From positions 1 through 64,000 of the forward strand of contig JAPMXV010000034.1 of the NCBI GenBank assembly GCA_026936335.1: a stretch of 64,000 bases of DNA. The letters are read 5' to 3'. A program made the position numbers and the translations under genes. The notes under the pieces are model-generated. The model saw only the letters and a list, made by a program, of their open reading frames with translations. It did not search any database and was not told the DNA's origin. The stretch comes from Mantamonas sphyraenae STR306. Lineage: Eukaryota > Protista > CRuMs. Below, piece by piece: positions 1 to 9,965 of the stretch (position 1 is its first letter; each line of letters opens with the position of its first letter).

Positions 1-176
1 CCTAACCCTAACCCTAACCCTAACCCTAACCCTAACCCTAACCCTAACCCTAACCCTAACCCTAACCCTAACCCTAACCCTAACCCTAACCCTAACCCTA
101 ACCCTAACCCTAACCCTAACCCTAACCCTAACCCTAACCCTGACCCTAACCCTAGCCCTAACCCTAACCCTAACCT
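1..176 (+). repeat. Telomeric repeat array (CCCTAA)n = TTAGGG on the minus strand; left chromosome end
   Basis: Perfect CCCTAA tandem array from base 1, with proximal variants CCCTGA and CCCTAG near 138-156 before unique sequence begins. Confidence 0.99.
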
Positions 177-841
177 TATTTTGTCCAAATCCCCTAGGAA
201 TATGATGAGTCCGGTCTATGTCAAGTGAGTTGTGCTCGTGTCCGCTGGCGGGGTTGCTGAGTTCGGTGGTGACATGGGGCAGTGGGCAATGGGTGGGAGT
301 GGAAATGTTGCTGGTGAGTGGTCGTCGTCCTGCAAAGCCGCGAAGTCAGCACTGCCCATCCGCCTTCAACCAAAATATCACCAACACCCACAACACCCTC
401 CACCTGTCCAACACAATCCACATACACTCCAGTTCCACCACCACCGCCATGGACAAAGACTACTCAAGCACTCCGAAGCAACAACACACACCCAACACCT
501 ACCCAGCGTGCGTTCTGCCTTCCACTCCGTTTTCTGACTGCCCGCTTCTCCCGCTTCCTTGCCTCCTCCATGCCTTCGTCGCTTCCCTGCACTCCTCCCC
601 TGCATCTCCACCTCCCCATCACCCCCGTTGCTGCCTTCTCCGCTCTTCTCCGATCCCGTCTCCCCTGTCACTGCCCTCCCCGTCGCCGGTTTCCCGGTCT
701 GCCAATCTCCTTCGTTTTCCCCTCTTTGCTCGTTCCAGCCTCCCTTCACCCACGCTTCTGCCCTGACGGCGTCCATCCCGCCTTCCGCTCACCGTTCCCA
801 TCCCTCCCTGCCCCTCCGCGTCTCCCCACAGCTACGGTTAC

Positions 842-3800
842 ATGGTCCTTCCCATGGCTGCCCAGCCGTTTCCGAACACGCTGCCCGTCTCTGGCGTACA
901 AAACCCGTACCAGCACCCACAACCACCCATCATCTGGGTCCCTGTCAACACCCATGCCCAGCAGCACCACGCATATGCTCATCAGGGCCACCAATACTAC
1001 GCCTACCCTCCTCCGCCGCCTCCTAGGCCGCGACAAACCGCCCAGATGCGCTTCGCTCAGACTCCGTTGCACCCTCCGCCTGCTCAACCCACCACAAACC
1101 ACAACCGCGTCCCCAAACGCATCAGCCCTGCCTTTGTCGGCATCACACGGACCACGTCCACCACCACATCGTCGTCCTCCTCCCACCAGGCCACACGGCA
1201 GACTGGAGACAGCGACGACGACGACGCAGACCAGGACACACACACACATGACACCGGCGATGTGGAGGACCTGATGTTCCTGAACTTTGGCCACCGTGTA
1301 CCACGGTCAACCTCCAGCAACTCAGAGTGGATGACCAGCTCATGGATGGAGGCGAACGAAGGAGACGACTTGGCAAACGACGCAACTGAGCAGCACGTGG
1401 ATGACGAGTTGGAAACTGGGGGTTCATTCAGCATTGCAGACACTGGTGATGCCATGGATGAGGAGTACATGACGCAAGACGACAGCTACGACGACACAGG
1501 CGACATGGAACAGGAAGGCACGGACGAATGGCAGCCGAGACGCACAAGCAGAGGCCGCAGACGGCGTCACAGAAGCCACAGCAGCCGACGTACTGGTCCA
1601 CAAAAGATGAAAGGCAGCGGACAGCGCAGGGTCAGGGTCACGGCTGGCAGTGGCACAGAGACAGGAACGTCGAGCACACGGGCAAGAAGGGCCAAGAACG
1701 GATACAACGGCGCAGGGAAGTCAGAAAGCGTGAATAAGAAGAACAAGTTGCCAGATGGAGTTGTGCGCAAAGGGTGGACAAAGGGACTCAGTGACGAGCG
1801 CAGCCACAGCAACAAGAAGGAGCACACCGCACTGCTGAACCACATGCACACTCTCGCCAACGAGCATCCCATCGACTACATCTCAGACCTCATGACCCTG
1901 CAGGCGCGTGTTGTGGTCTGTCATGGCACCCTGTTGGCGCTGGTCCGACAGATTCAGCTCGCTCTTGGCAACATTCCCCTCTCCCAGGGAGACATGGCCC
2001 TCTGCCTCACCCTTCTCGGCCGGGACATGGATCAACGTGGGTGCAGCCTTGCCATCCTCAACGCTGGTCTGGCCATGGGTGTGACAAAGGCTGGGTTGAA
2101 GGTGTGCTGGCTGGAGGAGCCACACGACCACGGCGACCCCAACTACGCCCTCCTCCACCTGCTTATGACAGAAATGGACACTGTTGGCGACAGGCCCCAT
2201 CCCACCACCAGGAAGGAGCACAAGCAGACCCAGCTGTGGCTGCAGGAAGCACGACGCCCTGCTGACAACGACAGCGACCCACACTGGACACAATGCGACT
2301 ACGACCACCACCTCCCCACCACCAATGTGAACAAGTGGCATCCTGAGTCTGTGCGCTGTGGCTGGAGCAAGACCGGAGACGAGCGTGGCAGCTGCACGGC
2401 GCGGGAGTTCCAGACGCTGCTGGCACACATGAAGGCACGCGCAGCCAGGCACCCTCGCCATCAGCACACACACGAGCACCAGGCACTGCGTGAGCTGATT
2501 AACAACGGCAGCCTGAAGTCCCTGGTGCGAAGCATCATCCTGGCGCTGGGCAACGTTGGCGTGCCGCCGGTCGACCTGGCTTTCTTTGTCCGCCTCCTCA
2601 GGCCACAAGCCACCTACCAGCAGTTCTCCCCTTCCACCGGCAACGCCCTCGCCCGTGGCGTCACCTCCCTTTCCCTCAAGATCGCCTGGCTCGACACACC
2701 CAAACCCAGCGACGCCACACTGCACACCCTCCTCCACACCCTCATCGACCGCATCACACCCCACATCAACACCCGCCCTACCACAGTCGACGTCGTCAAC
2801 ACCCTTGACATCCCCGAGCTTGTTCTGCCTGAGCCCACAGAGGAGGAGATGGCCTTGGAGGATGGACTGCCAGATGGCGTTGTGCGCAGTGGCTGGACGT
2901 CCTGGCGCAAGAGCGAGCGCAGCCACAGCAACAAGAAGGAGCACACCGCACTGCGGAACCACATGCACACCCTGGACAATGAGCATCCCATCGACGACAT
3001 CTCAGAACACATGACCCTGCAGGCGCGTGTTGTGGTCTGCCATGGCACCCTGCGCACGCTCGTCCGACAGATTCAGCTCGCTCTGGGCAACATTCCACTC
3101 TCCCAGGGAGACATGGCCCTCTGCCTCACCCTTCTCGGCCGGGACATGGATCAACGCGCGTGCAGACTCGCCATCCACGACGCTGGGCTGGCCATGGGTG
3201 TGACAAAGACTGGGTTGAAGGTGTGCTGGCTGGAGGAGCCACACGACCACGGCGACCCCAACTACGCCCTCCTCCACCTGCTTATGACAGAGATGGACAC
3301 TCTCGGCGACAGGCCCCATCCCACCACCTGGAAGGAGCACAAGCAGACCCAGCTGTGGCTGCAGAAAGCACGACGCCCTGCTGACAACGACAGCGACCCA
3401 CACTGGACACAATGTGACTACGACCACCACCTCACCACCAACAAGGTGGGTAAGTGGCATCCCGAGTCTGTGCGCAGCGGCTGGGATGCGTCCAATCACG
3501 ACGAGCGTGGCAGCTGCACGGCGCGGGAGTTCCAGACGCTGCTGGCACACATGAATGCACGCGCAGCCAAGCACCCTCGCCATCAGCATGCACGCGAGCA
3601 CCATGCACTGCGTGAGCTGATCAAGAACGGTGACCTGAAGTCTCTGCTGCGACACATCATCCTGGCGCTGGGCAACGTTGGCGTGCCGCCTGTCGATCTG
3701 GCCTTCTTTGTCCGCCTCCTCAGGCCACACCTCACCTACAAGCAGGTGCAACCTGCCATCAGCAACACCCTCATGCGCGGCGTCACCTCCCTCTCCCTCA

Positions 3801-4048
3801 AGATCGCCTGGCTCGACAATCCGAAACCCAGCGACGCCACACTGCACACCCTCCTCCACACCCTCCTCGACCGCATCACACCCCACATCACCACCCGCCC
3901 CACCACCTCCGCACTCGTCAACGCCTACCCCATCCCCCCTTTCACCCTGCCCAAGCGCAAAGACCCTTCCTCCTCCTCCTCCTCCTCCTCCTCCTCCTCC
4001 TCCTCCTCCTCCTCCTCCTACTCCTCCAAACGCCAGCGCCTCGAATGA
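842..4048 (+). CDS. Subtelomeric intronless hypothetical protein (1068 aa) with an internal duplication (A-B-A'-B' domain repeats)
   Basis: Long ORF with a Pro/Gln-rich then acidic/basic N-terminus, two ~370-aa copies, poly-Ser and a basic C-terminus (KRKD...KRQRLE). Confidence 0.8.
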   Translation: MVLPMAAQPFPNTLPVSGVQNPYQHPQPPIIWVPVNTHAQQHHAYAHQGHQYYAYPPPPPPRPRQTAQMRFAQTPLHPPPAQPTTNHNRVPKRISPAFVGITRTTSTTTSSSSSHQATRQTGDSDDDDADQDTHTHDTGDVEDLMFLNFGHRVPRSTSSNSEWMTSSWMEANEGDDLANDATEQHVDDELETGGSFSIADTGDAMDEEYMTQDDSYDDTGDMEQEGTDEWQPRRTSRGRRRRHRSHSSRRTGPQKMKGSGQRRVRVTAGSGTETGTSSTRARRAKNGYNGAGKSESVNKKNKLPDGVVRKGWTKGLSDERSHSNKKEHTALLNHMHTLANEHPIDYISDLMTLQARVVVCHGTLLALVRQIQLALGNIPLSQGDMALCLTLLGRDMDQRGCSLAILNAGLAMGVTKAGLKVCWLEEPHDHGDPNYALLHLLMTEMDTVGDRPHPTTRKEHKQTQLWLQEARRPADNDSDPHWTQCDYDHHLPTTNVNKWHPESVRCGWSKTGDERGSCTAREFQTLLAHMKARAARHPRHQHTHEHQALRELINNGSLKSLVRSIILALGNVGVPPVDLAFFVRLLRPQATYQQFSPSTGNALARGVTSLSLKIAWLDTPKPSDATLHTLLHTLIDRITPHINTRPTTVDVVNTLDIPELVLPEPTEEEMALEDGLPDGVVRSGWTSWRKSERSHSNKKEHTALRNHMHTLDNEHPIDDISEHMTLQARVVVCHGTLRTLVRQIQLALGNIPLSQGDMALCLTLLGRDMDQRACRLAIHDAGLAMGVTKTGLKVCWLEEPHDHGDPNYALLHLLMTEMDTLGDRPHPTTWKEHKQTQLWLQKARRPADNDSDPHWTQCDYDHHLTTNKVGKWHPESVRSGWDASNHDERGSCTAREFQTLLAHMNARAAKHPRHQHAREHHALRELIKNGDLKSLLRHIILALGNVGVPPVDLAFFVRLLRPHLTYKQVQPAISNTLMRGVTSLSLKIAWLDNPKPSDATLHTLLHTLLDRITPHITTRPTTSALVNAYPIPPFTLPKRKDPSSSSSSSSSSSSSSSSSYSSKRQRLE
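1748..3950 (+). repeat. Intragenic direct duplication of ~1.1 kb (1748-~2820 vs 2867-~3950)
   Basis: Long identical stretches in both copies, e.g. 'gagcgcagccacagcaacaagaaggagcacaccgcactgc'; offset ~1119 nt. Confidence 0.95.
3969..4026 (+). repeat. (CCT)n microsatellite encoding poly-Ser
   Basis: Seen directly in the sequence. Confidence 0.95.
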
Positions 4049-4250
4049 ACCCCCCCCCTCCTTCCTAAAGTCCATCCAAAACCCCCTTCCCAATGTCCAT
4101 CCAAAATCCTCCTCTTCCAACTCCTCCGTCAGCGTGACCTCAGCCGCCCGCTCCAAACTCCTGCATCAAGTGGCACGCGAGTGATCGAATGAGGGACAAG
4201 GAGTGCAAGCAGAGACTTTTTCAATCGGCGCTGGTTCGCCCGAACCCAAC

Positions 4251-5783
4251 TCACACCCTTTCAATCACAATGGCGCTCGCCCCGCCTCCCCCGTTGCAAA
4301 TACCCGCCACACCAATCGTGCCCTCCTCCTGTTCCAAAACGCTCGTCAGCGTGACCACGATACGCGCTCCGGAGCACCCGATCGGATGACCCAGTGCCAC
4401 CGCGCCGCCGTACACGTTCACCTTTTCCGGATTCAGATCCAGCAGTTTGTTGTTGGCCAGCGACACCACAGAGAATGCCTCGTTGATCTCATAATAGATA
4501 TCATCGTTCGCCTCCACTCCCGCACGCTTCAGCGCAAGCGGGATCGCTCCCGCCGGTGCCGTCGTAAAGTCCTCCGGCGCCTGAGCAAAGTCGGCAAAGC
4601 CCCGGATCACTGCCAGCGGCTTCACGCCCTGTTCTGCCGCCTTGCTTGCGCTCATCAACACCAACGCGGCCGCACCGTCGTTCAGCGTCGACGCGTTCGC
4701 CGCGGTCACTGTTCCGTCTTTCTTGAAAGCCGGTCGCAGACCTGGGATCTTGTCAAAGTTCACATTGGTGTACTCCATGTCCTGTGCATACACCTTGGGG
4801 TCTCCGCGCCGCTGCGGCACGCTCACAGGCACAATCTCTCGCTCAAACTTGCCCGCCGCCACCGCTGCCGCCACTCGCTTGTAGCTCTCGATGGCAAACG
4901 CGTCCTGGTCCTCACGCGTAAAGTGGTAGTCCTCTGCGCACTTTTCGGCGCACATGCCCATGTGAAAGTTGTTGTACACGTCCCACAGGCCGTCTTTCAC
5001 AACGCCGTCCACAATCTGGTTGTGTCCGTAGCCCAGTCCCGTTCGAGCTCCGGGCAGGTAGTACGGCACGTTGCTCATGCTTTCCATGCCTCCGGCCAGC
5101 ACCACCTCCGCCTGTCCCGTCATGATCGCCTGAGCACCAAACATCACACTCTTCATCCCCGACGCGCACACCTTGTTGATCGTGGTGCTTGGCACGCCGT
5201 TGCCCAGCCCAGATCCCTTCACAACCTGCTTGGTCGGCGCCTGGCCCAGGTTTGCAGAGATCACGTTGCCCATGATTGCCTCGTCCACCTCGGGTTCCCT
5301 GTGCACCTGCGTCAGCCTCCCATTGCAGCTCTCCATATACCCCCGCTTCGCCACTTACCAGCACGCTCCAGCGCCTCCTTGGCTGCGGCTGTGCCCAGGT
5401 CCACTGCAGACAGGCCTGCAAAAGCACCCTGGATTGCCCTCGCCGTGTCAGCTTGTCAAGCGGAAAATCCAAACTCCCGACGGAATCCTTTTCGCCCTCT
5501 TTGCCTCCCTCTTCCTCCACCGCACACGCTCCGGCCGTCGCTCCTTCGCCACCCTCCCGCTTGCCACTCCACGTTTTGAATTCCCGCATTCCGCTTCACG
5601 CCTCTGCCCTAGTCGCCCTACCTGGAAAGTTGCAATTGGCGTGCGAGCCGCGCTCACAATCACCACGTCGTCCCGCGCCGTTGCCGACGATGCAAAACCG
5701 GCGCAGGCGCCAGCTCCACGTGCAGCACTCGACGATGCGCGTGCCACCGTCGAGGCAGAAGAGGTTCCAAATCGTGCAAACAT
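4251..5783 (-). CDS. ACAT1: Acetyl-CoA acetyltransferase (thiolase), probably mitochondrial; exons 5783-5622, 5428-5359, ~5306-4251, with a probable 1-nt indel near 5295
   Basis: Motifs [37 protein letters not shown] and CNGGGGA; Ser/Ala/Arg-rich presequence-like N-terminus; GT-AG introns. Confidence 0.93.
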
Positions 5784-5835
5784 TTTCGAGAGAGAGAAAG
5801 AAGTTTCCTGTGCCTCCACCAACGCAACGCAACGC

Positions 5836-8800
5836 ATGACCTCCAACCCACAGAGTGCGGAGCAACTCTTGGTGCAATGGGTCAACCAGCGCCTCGAATC
5901 TGGCGGCAAAGAACCCATCCAGAACGTCCGCCAAGACCTTCAATCTGGTGCCGTTTTGGCCTCCCTCCTCTCCCAGCTCACGGGCAAGCCCATCCGCCTC
6001 GCCACCACCAGCCCAAAGAACATTTTCCAGATGCGCGACAACCTTGACCAGGTTGCCGCTGCGTTGAAAGGCCTTGGCCTCTCTGTGCCCGACTTTGGCC
6101 CAGACGACTTTTCCTCTGACGGCGATTCCACCGTCCCGCTCGCCGTTCTCGGCGCCATCGTCCGCCACTTCGAGTTGGCCTCTATCGACGCCACACAGAG
6201 AGCAGACCTTGAGGGCCGCCGCCGCTCCATCCGCCTTGAACGCGCACGCTCCGCCTCCACGGCCAACTCCTCCTCCACCGAGTCCAAGCCCAGCCCCCTC
6301 GACCAGGTCTCTTCCCTCGAAGAAGACGACCCGCAGAGGCAGGTCGTCGTGTCCCTTAAACAAAGCAGCATCTGTGCGGCCAAGTTTGCAAAGGCTGCCG
6401 TCTCTGCAGGTCTCTCCGCTGACCTCCGCACCCAGCTCATTGCCGCCACCAAGGAGCTCAATGCAAAGACTGCGCATGCCGCTCAGTGCAACCTGGCCGA
6501 TCTCACCGACGCCGACGCCAAGCGTGCCTTTGCGCTGGCCGTCCGCCAGTACATGGCTGTCGTTGCCCAGATTCGTGCCGTGGCAGACGAGGTCGGCGAC
6601 ACCCACGACGACCTCCAGGAGCTTGTCGACGCCTTCCACCAATCTGTCCTCACCCTCAACACTCACCTTGCCGCCCGCCTCAAGCAGCAATCCACCGACG
6701 CCAGCGACAATCAGTCCGAGCAGCAAACCCAGGATCCAGAGGAACGCCCTCCACTTCCCGACAACGAAGAGGCTCTACTCAAAGCCGGCAAGGGCGTAGC
6801 CGTCGCCCTCGTCAAGGTTTCCAAGCAGCTGGCCCAGAAATCTTCTGCCAAGCTTGTTCAGGCCAAGGTCGCCGTCATGACCAAGGCCCTTTCCGCCTTT
6901 GCCGACGCCCTGCGCTCTTCAAGCGCCGATGACAACTCGGACCGATCCCAACTCGAGGCCGCACAGAAGCGCTTTGCCACCTCCGTTGTCCTTGCCCTCA
7001 GTGCCCTCAAGGACGCTGTCCGCACCCTCGACGACAGCACCGTCGAGACAAAGGGCATCCAGCTCATCATGCAGATGATCGCCGTCTACAAAGAACGCCT
7101 TGACGCAACCACCGGCCTCGGTGGAGGCAACAGCCTCGACAAGCCGTCCCCCAAACCCCGCGTGGGCTTTGCTCAGCCCCCTCCCGACGACTCTCCACAG
7201 CGTGGCGACCAAGTTCAGAGTGTCGAGGAGGCACAAGAACAAAAGCGCAACACCCGTGCTTGCATCAAAGAAATCGGCGAACACGTCTGCTCCTTCGCCA
7301 CCGCCATCGCAGACCTCGGCGTGCGCGGCCAGGCCAAGAAGGAGATCGTCATTGCCTGCAAGTGCTTTGGCAACGCTGTCCACAGCATCATCAAGCACCT
7401 CTCTGCCACTTCCCTCGTCTACGACAACGAGTGCCGACTGCTCGAGCTCCATGCCCGCCGCGTCATCCGCCAGGTCGAAATCCTCCTCGACATTGGCGAC
7501 GCTGCCACAAAAACCCTTGGTTCCTCCGACGACATCCGCGACGCCGCAGACGTCCTCAGCAACTCCCTTAAAGAGATCAAGGCCTACGCCTGCATCAGCG
7601 AGCGCGAAGAGACCGAACGCCAGCGCTTCGCGCGCGTAGCCAAGGACCTTGCACGCCGCGTGGTCTCTGTCGTCAAGGACCTCGTGCGCGAAGGCGTCGA
7701 CGCAGGCTTCAAGCGAAACCTCATGCAAAACGTGAAAAAGGTAAAGTCCCTCACCTCTGACCTCGTCGACATCACCAAGGACCTGCACATCGACTGGGAA
7801 TCTGGCTCCACCAACAAGCGCTTCAACAAGCACTGCAACGACATGAGCCTCCAGACCATGCAGGTTGTCAGCACCTGCAAGCAGCTCGCCAAGGAGCGTC
7901 TTCGTGGCGCAGGCTCCCTCACAGCCGTGGCCGCAGACCTCGAGCGCAGCCTACAAACCTTTGAGGACGAGGCAGAGGCTCTCAAGCGTGCCCTGGGTGG
8001 CGAGGCTGCCGCTCAGAACTTTGCTTCTTTCCGCCTCACCGTCCACGTCGACCTCGATGCAGTCGCCGCACTCGGCTTTGCTCTCGACGGCTCTGCCCCT
8101 GCTCCCCGCACCACATCCACCATTCTGCGCCAGGGATCCACTGGCCAGTCCCAGTCCCAGTCCCAGTCGTCGTCTTCCAACTCCTCCTCGGTTGACACGG
8201 CGGCCTTCGACCTTGGCTTCGACCTCGGCTCAGGTGGTGGTGGTGGTGGAAGCAGCAGCACCACCAGCACCAGCGCCGACACAGACGGCACAGGCGCCTC
8301 TGCCGACTCGCTCACCACCCAATCCGAGGCTTGGCAAGGACTTGGCAACGAAGCAAATGATCTGGACGACATCATGAGCGGTCTGATGATGCAAAAGGCG
8401 CAGATCGAGCGCAGCCAGACCGCCGCCCAAACTCTTTCGGCTCTCGACGAGCTCTTTGTCGGCCTGCAGGATGCCATGACGGGAGAGGGCATGGAAGAGT
8501 CCTTTTCTGTGTGCCCTGCCTGTGAACAGCCCATCATGGACATGCTCACCAGCGTCGAGCTCCTCGGATCCCGCTGGCACCCTGAGCATCTCCTCTGCAA
8601 CAGCTGTGGAGCCACACATGCCCTCTTTGAGCTCGAGGGCGTTGTATTTTGTGAATCCTGCTTCCGCGATGTGTTTGCTTCCCGCTGCAGTGTGTGCAGC
8701 CTTTCCATTGTCAGCAACATGATCCGTGTCGGCGACCGCATGTTCCATGACTACTGCTTCCAGTGCATCGACTGCTCAGCCTTCTTGGCCGGCCAGGTCT

Positions 8801-9036
8801 ATTACGAACACTCGGGAGACATCGTATGCACCCTCGACTACCATAAGCGCATGGGCCTCATCTGTCCTGGCTGCGCAAAACCCGTCACCTCCACTGGCAT
8901 CTCTTTTGCCGACCACAAGTTCCACAGCGACTGCTTCTGCTGCAACGCCTGCTACAAGAAGCTTGTCGGCAAGCCCTACCGAGTCCACAACGAGAAGCCC
9001 TTCTGCAAGCTGTGTTTCGACAAGCGCTACGGATGA
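5836..9036 (+). CDS. Calponin-homology + helical-bundle rod + LD-like motifs + 3 LIM domain protein (intronless, ~1066 aa)
   Basis: CH motif LLVQWVNQRL...DLQSGAVLASLL...DNLDQV; amphipathic Ala-rich helices; three CxxC...HxxC/HxxCxxC...CxxC/D LIM units at 8510-9020. Confidence 0.85.
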   Translation: MTSNPQSAEQLLVQWVNQRLESGGKEPIQNVRQDLQSGAVLASLLSQLTGKPIRLATTSPKNIFQMRDNLDQVAAALKGLGLSVPDFGPDDFSSDGDSTVPLAVLGAIVRHFELASIDATQRADLEGRRRSIRLERARSASTANSSSTESKPSPLDQVSSLEEDDPQRQVVVSLKQSSICAAKFAKAAVSAGLSADLRTQLIAATKELNAKTAHAAQCNLADLTDADAKRAFALAVRQYMAVVAQIRAVADEVGDTHDDLQELVDAFHQSVLTLNTHLAARLKQQSTDASDNQSEQQTQDPEERPPLPDNEEALLKAGKGVAVALVKVSKQLAQKSSAKLVQAKVAVMTKALSAFADALRSSSADDNSDRSQLEAAQKRFATSVVLALSALKDAVRTLDDSTVETKGIQLIMQMIAVYKERLDATTGLGGGNSLDKPSPKPRVGFAQPPPDDSPQRGDQVQSVEEAQEQKRNTRACIKEIGEHVCSFATAIADLGVRGQAKKEIVIACKCFGNAVHSIIKHLSATSLVYDNECRLLELHARRVIRQVEILLDIGDAATKTLGSSDDIRDAADVLSNSLKEIKAYACISEREETERQRFARVAKDLARRVVSVVKDLVREGVDAGFKRNLMQNVKKVKSLTSDLVDITKDLHIDWESGSTNKRFNKHCNDMSLQTMQVVSTCKQLAKERLRGAGSLTAVAADLERSLQTFEDEAEALKRALGGEAAAQNFASFRLTVHVDLDAVAALGFALDGSAPAPRTTSTILRQGSTGQSQSQSQSSSSNSSSVDTAAFDLGFDLGSGGGGGGSSSTTSTSADTDGTGASADSLTTQSEAWQGLGNEANDLDDIMSGLMMQKAQIERSQTAAQTLSALDELFVGLQDAMTGEGMEESFSVCPACEQPIMDMLTSVELLGSRWHPEHLLCNSCGATHALFELEGVVFCESCFRDVFASRCSVCSLSIVSNMIRVGDRMFHDYCFQCIDCSAFLAGQVYYEHSGDIVCTLDYHKRMGLICPGCAKPVTSTGISFADHKFHSDCFCCNACYKKLVGKPYRVHNEKPFCKLCFDKRYG

Positions 9037-9080
9037 GGGGAAAATGAATTTGGCAAACTGTGCTCCAACCAACCCAATCC

Positions 9081-9927
9081 ATGTCCATGTCCACCTCCCA
9101 GCCCGAAACCGATCCATCCCAGTGGACCAAATATCCTGACGAGTGCCAGCAGGCCTACCCGGACGGCATCACTGTGGATCTAGGCGAGGGAGTCGCACGC
9201 ACAAAACACGGCGAGGATCCAGAGAGCATGACTTTCACCGTGTCTGCCGAAGAGCTTGTGTTTGCCCGCTACCTTTCCTTCTTCAAGCGCACCGTGGATG
9301 TCTCCAACGGCCAGACCATCGAATACGACGTCGTCAGCCGCGGCCGCGGCGGCTACACAGACCCGGATCCTACCTTTGCCTGCGTCTGCCCTTTTGACAC
9401 CTCCACCAACACCGTCACTGTCGTCAAAGAGTTTGCCCAGGCCACAGGCGAGTTTGTCTACAGCCTACCCTGTGGATCCTTCGACGCGCGCAAACACGAC
9501 ACCATCTTTGCCGCAGGTACGTCCAGACCCCTTTCCAGCCTTCCAGCTCCGCTGCCCAAACCCCAGCCAACCAACCTCCCATCATCCCTCCCCTTCCCTC
9601 CCCTTCCTTCCCACAGCACAGGCTGAACTCAGTGAGGAAGGCATGCTCACCGACGGCACCTGGGTCTCCCTCCTGCCTGAGGGAGAAACAGGCATCATGG
9701 AAGTCAAATGGGGCCGTGCACGCCTCCACCCGTTTCTCTGCATCGACGCCGTCCCGGACAAGCAACCAGGCCAGCTCGACGACGAGGAGTTTCTCGTCGT
9801 CTACGACCAGGTGCCCTTTGACGAGTTTAAGAAGCTTATCTGCGCCGGTCGCGTCATGCTCCACTCCACGCAGACCTTTTTCATGGCCATGGTGTACCTC
9901 CAGGACCATGGCTACCTCTCCTCCTGA
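9081..9927 (+). CDS. Nudix-family hydrolase; exons 9081-9516 and 9617-9927
   Basis: Spliced Nudix-like box LPCGSFDARKHDTIFAAAQAELSEEG and a LDDEEFL motif; intron gtacgt...cacag. Confidence 0.75.
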
Positions 9928-9965
9928 GCTGCTCCTGCCCCTTGCCCCTTCGCAACCAATCCTCC

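Noticed and set aside
218-841. Short ORFs between the telomere and the first gene
   Set aside because: Low-complexity products of C-rich sequence with no coding signature.
5173-5835. 221-aa N-terminal extension of the CH-LIM ORF
   Set aside because: It is antisense to thiolase exons and introns; the CH domain begins right after ATG 5836.
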